Source: an uncultured Hyphomicrobiales bacterium
Lineage (GTDB): Bacteria; Pseudomonadota; Alphaproteobacteria; Rhizobiales; Rhizobiaceae
Assembly (NCBI GenBank): GCA_943908365.1
Contig: CALTTH010000003.1
Coordinates: forward strand, 16,875 to 80,874
Direction of reading: 5' to 3'
DNA: 64,000 bases
A model generated the notes under the pieces. That model was not told the DNA's origin. It did not search any database and worked only from the letters and a program-made list of their open reading frames with translations. Position numbers and translations under genes: made by a program. This document shows positions 30,106-40,113 of the stretch, one piece after another (within the stretch, counting starts at the first letter, position 1; each line of letters starts with the position of its first letter).

Positions 30106-30437
30106 GACGTCTGGGAACTCAAAGATGCAGGCTTCAGAGCGTTGGATGCGGTGGTCGCAAGCGCTCTTGCCTTTTCCGTCAATTCTACGAAGGTCCGCTG
30201 TGTTCGGGCTTCGCGGCGAAGGATATGGAGCAGTGTGCCGGAAAGCGCGCTGATCTCCCGCAGCACCAAAGCATGGGCAATACCAAGTTTGTTTGAAAGG
30301 CTGCGACTGTCACTTCCGAGACCGATATGGACCGCCACAATGAGCGCAGCGCCTGTCGGTTGAAGTCCAGCCGGCGCGATCTGCAGCAGTCTGTCCACCG
30401 CGGCCATGAAGCGCGTTGCGGTGTCTTCCTCGTCCAT
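30102..30437 (-). CDS. Short MarR-like winged-helix protein (111 aa)
   Basis: HTH-like segment SRSLSNKLGIAHALVLREISALSG...RTFVELTEKARAL; both its start and its stop overlap the neighbouring genes. Confidence 0.4.
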   Translation of the reverse strand: MDEEDTATRFMAAVDRLLQIAPAGLQPTGAALIVAVHIGLGSDSRSLSNKLGIAHALVLREISALSGTLLHILRREARTQRTFVELTEKARALATTASNALKPASLSSQTS

Positions 30438-32743
30438 TATGCCGCCGCGGCCTCGCCCCGCAATCGCACCGACACCAGCACGGATTTGGAGGTTGGGGTG
30501 AAGCTGCCTTCGCCATAACTGTGTAGCGGCACGAGAACGTTGAGCTCTGGGTAGTAACCGCCGACGCTGCCCTGCGGTATGTCGTACGGCGCCAGACGGA
30601 AATCCTTCGCGATCCGTTCGACGCCATCGCCATATTCGCCGATCACATCGACCCGCTGTTTGGCGTGGGCGCCGAGCGTCTCCATATCCTTTGGGTTCAT
30701 GAAGATCACCTGACGTTCGCCGTAAACGCCGCGGTAGCGGTCATCGAGGCCGTAGATGGTGGTGTTGTACTGGTCGTGGCTGCGGAAAGTCTGGAGCACG
30801 AACAAACCGTCTTTCGACAATGCCGCCTGATGCTCCGTCATTTCCGGCAGAGGGCCGGTAAAGAAGACCGCTTTCTTTTCCGGTGTTTGCCATTCACGCT
30901 CAGCTGCCGCGTTGCGAAGATGGAAGCCGCGTGGCACCCGCACGCGCTCGTTGAACTCGTGGAAGCCTGGAATGACCCGCTCGATCATGTCTCGAATCAG
31001 ATCGTAATCATCCGCAAGGGCGTTCCAGTTGACGCGGTCACTGCCAAGCGTGGCTTCCGCGATACCCGCAATGATGGCAACTTCGGAACGCAGTTCGGGC
31101 GATGCCGGCTCATTTATCCCGCCAGAACCATGGACCATGCTCATGGAATCCTCGACCGTCACGATCTGCGGCAGGCCTGCGGAATTGCGGTCGATCTCGG
31201 TGCGGCCGAGGCATGGCAGGATGAACGAGGTTTCTCCAGGCACCAGATGCGAATGGTTGAGCTTGGTCGCGATGTTGACGGTCAGCTTCTGCTTTTTGAA
31301 CGCTTCGATGATCAGCGGGCTGTCGGGCGTGGCGCGCAGGAAGTTGCCGCCAAGCGCGATAAAGGCCTGAGCGTGGCCATCCAGCATGGCGCTGATCGCT
31401 TCCACCGTGTTGTGCCCACGGTTGCGCGGCATCGTCACGCCGAGTTCCTTTTCGAGCGCATCAAGCAGGGCAGGCGGTGCCTTCTCGTCGATGCCAACAG
31501 TGCGATCGCCTTGCACGTTCGAATGGCCGCGGACAGGGCAGAGGCCAGCACCGGGCCGCCCGACATTGCCCCGAAGCAGCATCAGATTGGTGATCTCGCG
31601 AACGATAGCGACGGAGTGCTTGTGCTGAGTGACACCCATCGCCCATGTGGCGATGACGGAACTGGCATTCATGTAGATGGAGGCCGCTTCCTCGATCGCC
31701 TCACGTGTCAAACCCGACTGGTCGAGAATGGTCTCCCAGCTCGTTGCATCCACGGCAGCGCGGTATGCCTCGAATTCCACGGCATGGCTGGCGAGGAAGT
31801 CATAGTCGATGATGGCTGGCTGACCCGCGGCGCGCGCCGCCTCATCGGCCGCGAACACCACCTTGCTGATACCGCGAATAGCGGCCATGTCGCCGCCCTG
31901 GCGTGGCTGGTAGTAATTGGTGGCAATCTTCGTGTTACTGCCGCTGATCATCTCCAGCTTGTCCTGCGGATCACTGAAGCGCTGCAGACCTTTTTCCTTG
32001 ATCGGATTGAAGACGGCAATGCGCGCGCCACGAAGTGCCGCTCGCCTTAGATCGCCCAGCATGCGTGGATGGTTGGTGCCGGGATTCTGGCCAATGACGA
32101 AGATCGCATCGGTCTTCTCGAAATCCTCCAGAAGCACGGTACCCTTGCCGACACCGATCGAGGCTTTCAGACCGACGCCGCTCGCCTCATGGCACATGTT
32201 GGAGCAGTCGGGAAAATTGTTGGTGCCGTAAAGTCGGACCATCAGCTGATAGAGGAAGGCAGCTTCATTGGAGGCCCGACCGGATGTGTAGAACTCGGCG
32301 CGATCCGGGCTGTCGAGTCCGCGCAGGATGGTCCCGATCTCGCGGAATGCATCGTCCCAGGACACAGGCACGTATTGGTCGGAGGAACGATCGTAACGCA
32401 GTGGGTTCGTCAGGCGGCCTTGTTTCTCAAGCTCGTAATCCGACCATTGCCTCAGCGCGGAGACCGTATGCGCAGCGAAGAACTCCGGCGGAACGCGGGC
32501 CTCCGTGGCTTCCCAGGATACGGCCTTTACACCGTTTTCGCAAAATTCGAAGGATGAGCCATGCTCCGGGTCGCCCCAGGCGCAGCCAGGGCAATCGAAG
32601 CCATCGGGCTGATTGGTCTTGAGAAGCGCCTTCGCATTGGAGAGGGGTGCTCCGGATTCCAGCAGGCGCTTGCCAACACTTTTCAGCGCGCCCCAGCCGC
32701 CGGCCGCGGATGAGGGCTTACCGATGAAATCCATCTTACCCAT
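30437..32743 (-). CDS. Molybdopterin oxidoreductase alpha subunit, FdhF-like YdeP family
   Basis: N-terminal Cys cluster (DCPGCAWGDPEHGSSFEFC) and bis-MGD domains; 768 aa. Start moved to MGKMDFIG, which has an AAGGAG RBS. Confidence 0.75.
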   Translation of the reverse strand: MGKMDFIGKPSSAAGGWGALKSVGKRLLESGAPLSNAKALLKTNQPDGFDCPGCAWGDPEHGSSFEFCENGVKAVSWEATEARVPPEFFAAHTVSALRQWSDYELEKQGRLTNPLRYDRSSDQYVPVSWDDAFREIGTILRGLDSPDRAEFYTSGRASNEAAFLYQLMVRLYGTNNFPDCSNMCHEASGVGLKASIGVGKGTVLLEDFEKTDAIFVIGQNPGTNHPRMLGDLRRAALRGARIAVFNPIKEKGLQRFSDPQDKLEMISGSNTKIATNYYQPRQGGDMAAIRGISKVVFAADEAARAAGQPAIIDYDFLASHAVEFEAYRAAVDATSWETILDQSGLTREAIEEAASIYMNASSVIATWAMGVTQHKHSVAIVREITNLMLLRGNVGRPGAGLCPVRGHSNVQGDRTVGIDEKAPPALLDALEKELGVTMPRNRGHNTVEAISAMLDGHAQAFIALGGNFLRATPDSPLIIEAFKKQKLTVNIATKLNHSHLVPGETSFILPCLGRTEIDRNSAGLPQIVTVEDSMSMVHGSGGINEPASPELRSEVAIIAGIAEATLGSDRVNWNALADDYDLIRDMIERVIPGFHEFNERVRVPRGFHLRNAAAEREWQTPEKKAVFFTGPLPEMTEHQAALSKDGLFVLQTFRSHDQYNTTIYGLDDRYRGVYGERQVIFMNPKDMETLGAHAKQRVDVIGEYGDGVERIAKDFRLAPYDIPQGSVGGYYPELNVLVPLHSYGEGSFTPTSKSVLVSVRLRGEAAAA

Positions 32744-33072
32744 TATAACATCTCTCCTTGAAGGCTTTGTCTCGATCGGTGCCAAAAAAAGACTCACCCG
32801 ATCCTTGGTTTGCACTGCAGCATAACTGTTCAGATAGGCGCTTACCTAGCATATATCAATTCTCTGCGTTGCACGGATGCGCGTTTCGTTTTCCCATTAG
32901 CGACACCCCGTCCGTGTGTTGACGACACGGAGCCACCCGTCGCTGCGGTGCGATGATGGCGAGGAAGACGATGAAACCAGTTCTTGCCTAACGGGTTGTT
33001 GACATTGTTGTTCTAAACGACAATCTCCAGCCCGTTGCAAAGCAGGCCAATGACCGGAGAAGGGGGCGCAAG

Positions 33073-34500
33073 TTGACACAAGCCGACCACGATCATCCCG
33101 CAACGGAAGAGGCCAAGCGTCCGGAAGTGATGGCCGACATCTATGCCGAAGACGGCTCGATCCGGTCAGACTTTCTCGCCATGGTCGGCGCGGCGATCGC
33201 CGATCGCGACGTGCTCTTCCTGCGCGAAAACGTCGCCCGCCTGCATGAATCCGAACTGGGCGACCTCCTGGAATCGATCCAGCCGGAGCAGCGCCACGCA
33301 CTTGTGCGTCTGCTAGGCACCGACTTCGACATGACCGCACTGACCGAGGTGGATGAAGCAATCCGCCTCGATATCGTCGAGCAGATGCCAAACGAGCAGA
33401 TCGCTGCCGGTATCGGCGAACTCGATTCGGACGACGCGGTCTACATTCTGGAAGACCTCGACCGCGAGGACCGCGAAGACATTCTCTCGCAGATGCCGTT
33501 CACCGAACGTGTCAGGCTCATGCGGGCGCTGGACTATCCGGAAAGCTCTGCCGGTCGCCGTATGCAGACCGAGTTCGTCGCGGTGCCGCCGTTCTGGACG
33601 GTCGGCCAGACGATCGACTACCTGCGTGAAGAGGAGGAGTTGCCCGAATCCTTCTCCCAGATTTTCGTTATCGATCCCACCTTCAAGCTTGTCGGCGCGC
33701 TCGACCTCGATCGGCTGCTCCGCTCAAAGCGGCAGGTGAAGATCGAAACCATCATGCACGAAACAAACCATCCCATTCCCGCGGAGATGGACCAGGAAGA
33801 GGCAGCCCAGCTCTTCGAGCAATATGACCTTCTGTCTGCGGCGGTCGTGGACAGCAACGGTCGCCTCGTCGGCGTGCTGACCATCGATGACGTGGTGGAC
33901 GTTATCCAGGAAGAGGCGGAGGAAGACTTGCTTCGCCTCGGCGGCGTTGGCGATGAAGAACTGTCCGATAGTATCGCCAGCACGTCCAAATCCCGTGTGC
34001 CGTGGCTTGGCATCAATCTGATGACGGCTTTCCTTGCAGCCTCGGTGATCGAACTTTTCGACGCCACGATTCAGCAGGTCGTGGCACTTGCCATCCTGAT
34101 GCCCATCGTCGCGGGCATGGGCGGCAACGCTGGATCGCAGACGATGACCGTTTCGGTGCGCGCTCTCGCCACCAAAAACCTCGATATCCACAACGCGGCG
34201 CGCATCATCCGACGTGAGGCCGGTGTGGGCCTTTTGAACGGCGCGCTCTTCGGCTGTGCAATCGGAATTATTGCTGGCATCTGGTTTCACGACGTCAACA
34301 TCGGCGGCATCATCGCAACAGCCATGCTGATCAACATGCTCGCCGCGGCTCTGGCTGGTATATTGATTCCTCTGTTTCTCGATAAGTTCGGCGCCGATCC
34401 GGCCGTTTCATCCGCCGTCTTCGTCACGGCGGTGACAGATATCGTCGGCTTCTTCTCATTCCTTGGCTTGGCAACATGGTGGTTCGGCATATCAGGATGA
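33073..34500 (+). CDS. mgtE: Magnesium transporter MgtE
   Basis: MgtE N-domain, tandem CBS domains and the C-terminal MgtE TM domain; TTG start with an AAGGGGG RBS. Confidence 0.85.
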   Translation: MTQADHDHPATEEAKRPEVMADIYAEDGSIRSDFLAMVGAAIADRDVLFLRENVARLHESELGDLLESIQPEQRHALVRLLGTDFDMTALTEVDEAIRLDIVEQMPNEQIAAGIGELDSDDAVYILEDLDREDREDILSQMPFTERVRLMRALDYPESSAGRRMQTEFVAVPPFWTVGQTIDYLREEEELPESFSQIFVIDPTFKLVGALDLDRLLRSKRQVKIETIMHETNHPIPAEMDQEEAAQLFEQYDLLSAAVVDSNGRLVGVLTIDDVVDVIQEEAEEDLLRLGGVGDEELSDSIASTSKSRVPWLGINLMTAFLAASVIELFDATIQQVVALAILMPIVAGMGGNAGSQTMTVSVRALATKNLDIHNAARIIRREAGVGLLNGALFGCAIGIIAGIWFHDVNIGGIIATAMLINMLAAALAGILIPLFLDKFGADPAVSSAVFVTAVTDIVGFFSFLGLATWWFGISG

Positions 34501-34521
34501 GGATCGAAAATTGACTTTTAC

Positions 34522-34953
34522 GTGAAGGTCAAACATAATGTCCGGCAGCCAGAATCGGACAAAGCCTTGAATAAGTATTATAGCATCACGGAACTGACGC
34601 GCGAATTCGGTGTATCCACCCGTACTCTTCGTTTTTACGAGGATGAGGGCCTGATCCACCCCGAGCGCCGCGGCCGTACACGCTTGTTCCGCGCCGCCGA
34701 TCGTAGGCTCATTCAGGAGATTCTCCGTGGCCGCCGCATCGGCTTTACGATCGCCGAAATCCGCGAAATCATTCAGGTGTACAAAGAGCCGCCGGGTGAA
34801 TCCGGCCAGCTCGAACTTCTGATGAAGAAGGTCGATGAGAAGCGCGCCGACCTTCGTCAGAAGCGCCGCGACATTGAAGAGACGCTTGCCGAACTCGACA
34901 ATGTTGAGGAAGCTTGCCTCACACGATTGGCAGAAATCGGCGTCGGAACCTGA
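34522..34953 (+). CDS. MerR-family transcriptional regulator
   Basis: N-terminal HTH YSITELTREFGVSTRTLRFYEDEGLI plus a coiled-coil C-terminus; exact start uncertain. Confidence 0.65.
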   Translation: MKVKHNVRQPESDKALNKYYSITELTREFGVSTRTLRFYEDEGLIHPERRGRTRLFRAADRRLIQEILRGRRIGFTIAEIREIIQVYKEPPGESGQLELLMKKVDEKRADLRQKRRDIEETLAELDNVEEACLTRLAEIGVGT

Positions 34954-35286
34954 CGGACCGCTTCGCCTTTTGCTGTTGAGAGTTGGGCACTGAAATCTGT
35001 CAGTAGCCTCAATCTGGCGCCCACCTTCATTCTAGCCTTGTGCTCCCACCGTCGTAATTTAATCCTTTGCTAACCACGCTTGAAGACCCTTTGGAACGGT
35101 TAAGTCATAAAACTGTTTTATGGCGTTAGTTTCAAATCGCATCTTCAAGCCCGGGCATGATGCTCGCAATGGTGACTGCAACCGACCGTGTTTGTCGGTT
35201 CGCGTGACGCAGGGCTGATAAAAAATGTTTCCCTGATCAACGGCGACGCCGCGCCATCCTCGTGCGTGGCATGGGTATATAGAGTT

Positions 35287-37065
35287 ATGTTGGACGAGCA
35301 TGCGCGTATTTCCGCGCTTAAGAATATGCGCTTACTCGATACTATGCCGAGTGAGAATTTCGACCGTATCACGCGGCTGGTGGCAAATTACTTTGGGTTA
35401 CCGATCGCAGCCATTTCTTTGACGGATACGGACCGTCAATGGTTCAAGTCGAAAGTGGGCGTCGAACACAACGAGATACCTCGACACAAGGCGCCCTGTT
35501 CGCAGGTCGCGGAAAACAAGCAGTCTTTGGTCGTGAAGGATCTGCAGAAAGACGACTACTATGCCGACAGTACGCTAGGTCAGGCCGGAATTCGTTTCTA
35601 TTGCGGCGTTCCACTGGTAACACCGGATGGTTACGGCCTTGGTGCACTCTGTGTCTTGGGGATCGAGCCTTTCGAAGTCACAGATGAACAGATGGCGACC
35701 CTCTCCGATCTTGCTGCTATGGTCATGGATCAGATTGAGTTGCACCATTCGATGGGACGGATTGATCCGTCGAGCGGATTGCCGAACCGTCACCAGTTGA
35801 TGAGTGATCTCTCTGACCTTGCTCTTCACGAAAAAGGTTCAGAGCAGATCATCAGCCTGATTGACCTTGCCCAGACAACGCAGTTCGACCGAATGATGCG
35901 CGTCGTCGGCATTTCCTATCTCGATGGTCTGATGACCAAGGTGGCGCGCATTCTAAGGAAGCATCTGGATGGGGGAACATTCGCCTATCATATCGGCCCC
36001 ACGCAATTCGCATTCATTGTCGCCAAGGGTACGAAGGTTGAAGACTATCGACCGTTTCTAGAGCAGATCATGCGTGCGCTTTATAACGAGGTCGAGTTCC
36101 AGATCACCATGACGCCTTCCATCGGCTCCATGGTTTTCCGCCCTGGCGAGACCAGTGCCGAGGAAATTTTACGGTCGTTGCAAAGTGCCGTGCAGGACGC
36201 GCGTATTCATCCATCGAAAATCGCCTTTTTTTGCCCCTCTCTCGATGTGCAACATCAGCGCAACTTCATGATCCAGCGTGAGTTTCCACGGGCGATTGTC
36301 GACGACGCGCAGCTGTCGCTCGTATTTCAGCCGCGGGTGGACGCCGCCAATGGTCTTTTCAAGAGTGCGGAAGTTCTGTTGCGCTGGACCCACCCGGAGC
36401 TCGGGCCAATTTCGCCTGCCGAATTCATTCCGGTTATCGAAGCGTCAGCCTATGCTCGTGAATTGACCATGTGGGTCATCGCGACATCCCTACAGCAACT
36501 TTCCGAATGGAATTACACAGGTTTTCCTATCAAGCTTTCCATCAACCTGTCAGCCACCAATCTTCAGGAGGCCGACTTCTGGGATCGGCTCAGCGTCGAT
36601 CTGGCTCGCTTCGGCGTCGATCACGATCAGATCGAATTCGAAATAACCGAGACGGCGATGATGATGGAAACGAAAGGGTCGCAGGACCTGCTCGAAACGC
36701 TTGCCGCATCGGGCATTCAGCTATCAATTGACGATTTCGGCACTGGTTACAGCAGCCTATCCTATCTGCAAAAGCTGCCGGTCAAAACCGTCAAGATCGA
36801 TCGCAGCTTCATCAACGATATGCAGGAAGGCAATCGAGAGCGCGTCCTCGTTCAGTCCATGATCACGCTCTGCCACTCGCTCGGTTACGAGGTCGTGGCG
36901 GAAGGTGTGGAGACGCGCGAGCAAGCCGAACTGCTGACCGTCATGGGATGCGATGAGCTCCAGGGCTACTGGTTGTCAAAGCCGATTGCTGCGGACGCTC
37001 TTATCCGTTGGATGTCGGAGCGTCACGCTGCCCAGCATTACCGTCTTGAAGCGATCAGCGCCTGA
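35287..37065 (+). CDS. GAF, degenerate GGDEF and EAL domain protein (c-di-GMP phosphodiesterase type)
   Basis: EAL motifs ELEITE...QLSIDDFGTGYSSLSYL...KIDRSF; the GGDEF position reads HIGPTQF; the N-terminal GAF-like domain carries FYCGVPL. Confidence 0.75.
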   Translation: MLDEHARISALKNMRLLDTMPSENFDRITRLVANYFGLPIAAISLTDTDRQWFKSKVGVEHNEIPRHKAPCSQVAENKQSLVVKDLQKDDYYADSTLGQAGIRFYCGVPLVTPDGYGLGALCVLGIEPFEVTDEQMATLSDLAAMVMDQIELHHSMGRIDPSSGLPNRHQLMSDLSDLALHEKGSEQIISLIDLAQTTQFDRMMRVVGISYLDGLMTKVARILRKHLDGGTFAYHIGPTQFAFIVAKGTKVEDYRPFLEQIMRALYNEVEFQITMTPSIGSMVFRPGETSAEEILRSLQSAVQDARIHPSKIAFFCPSLDVQHQRNFMIQREFPRAIVDDAQLSLVFQPRVDAANGLFKSAEVLLRWTHPELGPISPAEFIPVIEASAYARELTMWVIATSLQQLSEWNYTGFPIKLSINLSATNLQEADFWDRLSVDLARFGVDHDQIEFEITETAMMMETKGSQDLLETLAASGIQLSIDDFGTGYSSLSYLQKLPVKTVKIDRSFINDMQEGNRERVLVQSMITLCHSLGYEVVAEGVETREQAELLTVMGCDELQGYWLSKPIAADALIRWMSERHAAQHYRLEAISA

Positions 37066-37089
37066 CTGCGACCTCAAGCTCACCCCGGA

Positions 37090-38049
37090 TTATTGAACCT
37101 CCGCCGAGCACTGGGCTGCGACATCCCTGATCTTGCTCTGCTGCTCGATACTGGCTGTATTCGCCATCATCGCGTCGAAGACATTCTCGCTGTGCAGTTT
37201 CTCCAAGGTGCAGCCACAAAAGCTTTGGCAGAGATCGAGGTTGTTTTGGGTCTGCATGCAGCTCGCTTCGCAGCTCTTCTTGTAAGCCTCCACCTGATCC
37301 ACCGGCGGGGGCGGGAAAGTGATCGATCCCAAATAGACCAGCGCGATCAGCACCGGCTGGTGAATGAGGTAGAAGGACAGGCTGTGGCGGCCGAAGAAGG
37401 CAAGCAGATTGCGCTTGCCGCTGGGCTTGCGATACCGATCCAGCCACCCGCGCGGCACGGCGATTTGCGCGACACCAAGACCGACAAGAAACGGCGCCAG
37501 AAACGGTAACACCGGCACATAGTCGTTGGAGCGGGGAGGTGCCGTGGCAAATCCGATCCAGGACAGCCAGATCGAGTTGAAGGCATCCGACGAGAAATAG
37601 ATCGGCGCGAGAAAGGCCAGAACAGCGACGGCCAACGTCACGACCGCAGGCAAGCGCAGAAATATGAGACCGATCAGGCTCGCGACGGCGATATTGTGCA
37701 GGATGCCGAAGAAGATCCAGCCACCCGGAACGGCGAAGAATGTCGCAACCGAGATCAGCAGCGCCGCGCCCGCAACCATCGCAAAACGCTTGCCGAAGGC
37801 CGGCCAGTTTATACCCTTTCGATGCGCCAGAAACAGGCTGAAACCTGCGAGAAACAGAAACGAACTGGCAATCGCCCGCGCATAAAGACGCCACAAACCC
37901 TCGGTCGGCGTTTCCGGCGGGATATAGCCGAACATCGCAAGATCCCAGGTAAAGTGGTAACTCGCCATGGCGATGAGCGCGATGCCGCGCCATGCGTCGA
38001 GAAAGCCGATGCGGCCGGACTTGGTAACCGTTGCGGTTGCCTCATTCAT
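37090..38049 (-). CDS. DUF1624/acyltransferase-3-like membrane protein with a Cys-rich C-terminal extension
   Basis: GFLDAWRGIALIAMASYHF N-terminus, multiple TM segments and a C-terminal CEASC...CQSFCGC...QC tail. Start moved to MNEATATV, which has a GAAGGA RBS. Confidence 0.6.
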   Translation of the reverse strand: MNEATATVTKSGRIGFLDAWRGIALIAMASYHFTWDLAMFGYIPPETPTEGLWRLYARAIASSFLFLAGFSLFLAHRKGINWPAFGKRFAMVAGAALLISVATFFAVPGGWIFFGILHNIAVASLIGLIFLRLPAVVTLAVAVLAFLAPIYFSSDAFNSIWLSWIGFATAPPRSNDYVPVLPFLAPFLVGLGVAQIAVPRGWLDRYRKPSGKRNLLAFFGRHSLSFYLIHQPVLIALVYLGSITFPPPPVDQVEAYKKSCEASCMQTQNNLDLCQSFCGCTLEKLHSENVFDAMMANTASIEQQSKIRDVAAQCSAEVQ

Positions 38050-38128
38050 TCTGTGATTTCCTTCGCAACGGTGAGGGGGGCTTTGCCTGCGCTTCGCCCA
38101 CAAAGTGGGGCGATTTCATGACAGGCGA

Positions 38129-38815
38129 TTAATGATCGTCCATGATGGCGAGACGCGCTTCCGAGTAGAACTGGCGTCTCAACAGCGCGACGATGATGAT
38201 CACGGTCATGACGATGAAGACATAGGCGTTGATAAACCAGCCAAGATAACCGATCGACAGAAAGAAGGTCCTGAGGCCATCATTGAAATTCTTCGCCGCA
38301 ATGACATTCATGCGGATGACGTTTTCCGCCGCGCGCTCGGCCGCTTTTCTATCCGCATTCGCCTCATGCATCATCGGCATTCCACCGAAAAGGATGGTGC
38401 AATAGTTGAACAACCGGTACGACCAGCCGAATTTGAAGAAGGCATAGCCGAAAAGACAGGTCAGCCCGATAACCTTCAGCTCGAAAGCGGTTCGTCCGCC
38501 ATAATAGACGAATGGCATGTCGCGAAACACCGATTCGACTCGGTCGGTGGCGCCGAGGAGCGCGAAGCACCCGCCGATCGCGAAAATCGAGGTCGACGCG
38601 AAGAAGGCCGTGCCGTTTTGAAGGCCTGCCATGATCTGCGTGTCGATCATCTTCAGATCGCGCGACAGAGAGTTGTAGATCCACCGTCTGCGCCGGTCGG
38701 CCATGGCTTGATTGAGGCTGGTTCTGCCAAATGGCGATCGTGCGGTGGTGATATAGGCGTAGGACACCCACAGAACCAGGAATATGACGAGCGCGATGTA
38801 GTCCATTGTCGTCAT
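38129..38815 (-). CDS. DUF599-family membrane protein
   Basis: Composition and size match DUF599. Start moved to MTTMDYIAL. Confidence 0.5.
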   Translation of the reverse strand: MTTMDYIALVIFLVLWVSYAYITTARSPFGRTSLNQAMADRRRRWIYNSLSRDLKMIDTQIMAGLQNGTAFFASTSIFAIGGCFALLGATDRVESVFRDMPFVYYGGRTAFELKVIGLTCLFGYAFFKFGWSYRLFNYCTILFGGMPMMHEANADRKAAERAAENVIRMNVIAAKNFNDGLRTFFLSIGYLGWFINAYVFIVMTVIIIVALLRRQFYSEARLAIMDDH

Positions 38816-39357
38816 GTCCGTCCCGCCCCGTAACCCGCTTCTCGCCTTTTCCGCCAGGCGATGACCTGGCGTGTTTTCGAAGGTTGTCATACCAAGAAAT
38901 GATTGCAAGGCAATCGAGACATGCCGGCGGAAAAATCCGATCCATTTTAGCGCGCGCTAACCATCCGGTAAGCTTATACCATTAGACAGATCGGCGAGGC
39001 TCCGGAGCGGGTATTGAGTACCGGGCCTCTTCTTCTCATTTCCGTTCATTCCAGGAGAGGAAGGCGTGCCTTCAGCGGTTTTTTCCTCTCTCGAAATTTG
39101 ACAAGAGCCGCATCGCATCCTACCTTGATTTTAGCGATCCGACGCTTTCCCCATGAGAGCCGATGTCGACTTGACCGCGAAGTGCGGACGGGCATCAGTC
39201 TTTTGTGACGGTTACCGCGACGATCCAGCATGATCGACCGGGAGAACGCCTCCATATCTACGAATCGTTCTCTTTTCATGTCTGGCGCCTCAAGGCTTTT
39301 GGCACAGTCCGAACTGGCGGTCGGATCGCTCTCAATTTTTCTCCCTGCAGGTTCTGA

Positions 39358-39882
39358 ATGAGCGAGATATCTCGTGCCGTCCTGGTGCTCGGCGGCGCGC
39401 GCTCGGGCAAGTCCGCTTTTGCTGAACGGCTGGTGCTCTCGTCTGAGGGGGCCGCTCATTACGTGGCGACAGGCCGCGCCTGGGATGAGGAAATGAAATC
39501 TCGTATCGCCAGCCACCGTCTTCAGCGCGGGGATCAATGGATCACGCATGAGGAACCGTTGCATCTGGTGGAGACGTTGGAACGTCTCGATGACGCGTCC
39601 AACACCATCCTCGTTGATTGCTTGACCCTTTGGGTCACGAACCTGATGATGGAAGAGGGGCGGGACGTTGAAGCAGCTTTTCTGCCACTTGTTGAACACG
39701 TGGCGAAAGCCAAAGCGAAGATTGTCTTCGTTTCGAACGAGGTAGGCCTCGGCATCGTGCCCGAGAATCGCATGGCGCGAGACTTTCGCGATCATGCTGG
39801 CCGGCTGCATCAGAGGATCGCCGCTGCTGCCTCGGAAGTCTATTTCATCGCGGCCGGCTTGCCGTTGAAGATGAAAGGGTAG
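39358..39882 (+). CDS. cobU: Adenosylcobinamide kinase / adenosylcobinamide-phosphate guanylyltransferase
   Basis: P-loop [16 protein letters not shown] and CobU/CobP length (174 aa). Confidence 0.85.
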   Translation: MSEISRAVLVLGGARSGKSAFAERLVLSSEGAAHYVATGRAWDEEMKSRIASHRLQRGDQWITHEEPLHLVETLERLDDASNTILVDCLTLWVTNLMMEEGRDVEAAFLPLVEHVAKAKAKIVFVSNEVGLGIVPENRMARDFRDHAGRLHQRIAAAASEVYFIAAGLPLKMKG

Positions 39883-40113
39883 GTCGCCCATCGCACGCCC
39901 GGATTTGCCTCGGCGCGGCCCTCCAACTCTTTAAATCTACGCGTCGTGCTGATCCGAAAATCGAGTTCTATTTTCGGGCCTATGCTGTCGTGTCTCTCTG
40001 GGCCTCCCACAAATCCGCCACAGAGGCATCGTGATTTGCTGCGTCTGCATCGTTTTGATGCCGAATGCTTGATGCGATTTTATCCAGTCAAATCGATCCG
40101 GAGCCAGCAGCAC

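Noticed and set aside
30665-32050. 461-aa plus-strand ORF
   Set aside because: Antisense to the YdeP-family molybdoenzyme gene; Arg/His-rich low-complexity composition.
34511-34532. TTGAC-N12-GTCAA dyad at the merR start, considered as an anaerobox
   Set aside because: The spacer is 12 nt, not 4. It is more likely a MerR-type operator or coincidental.
39046-39891. 281-aa minus-strand ORF
   Set aside because: Antisense to cobU, which is clearly recognisable, and to its leader.
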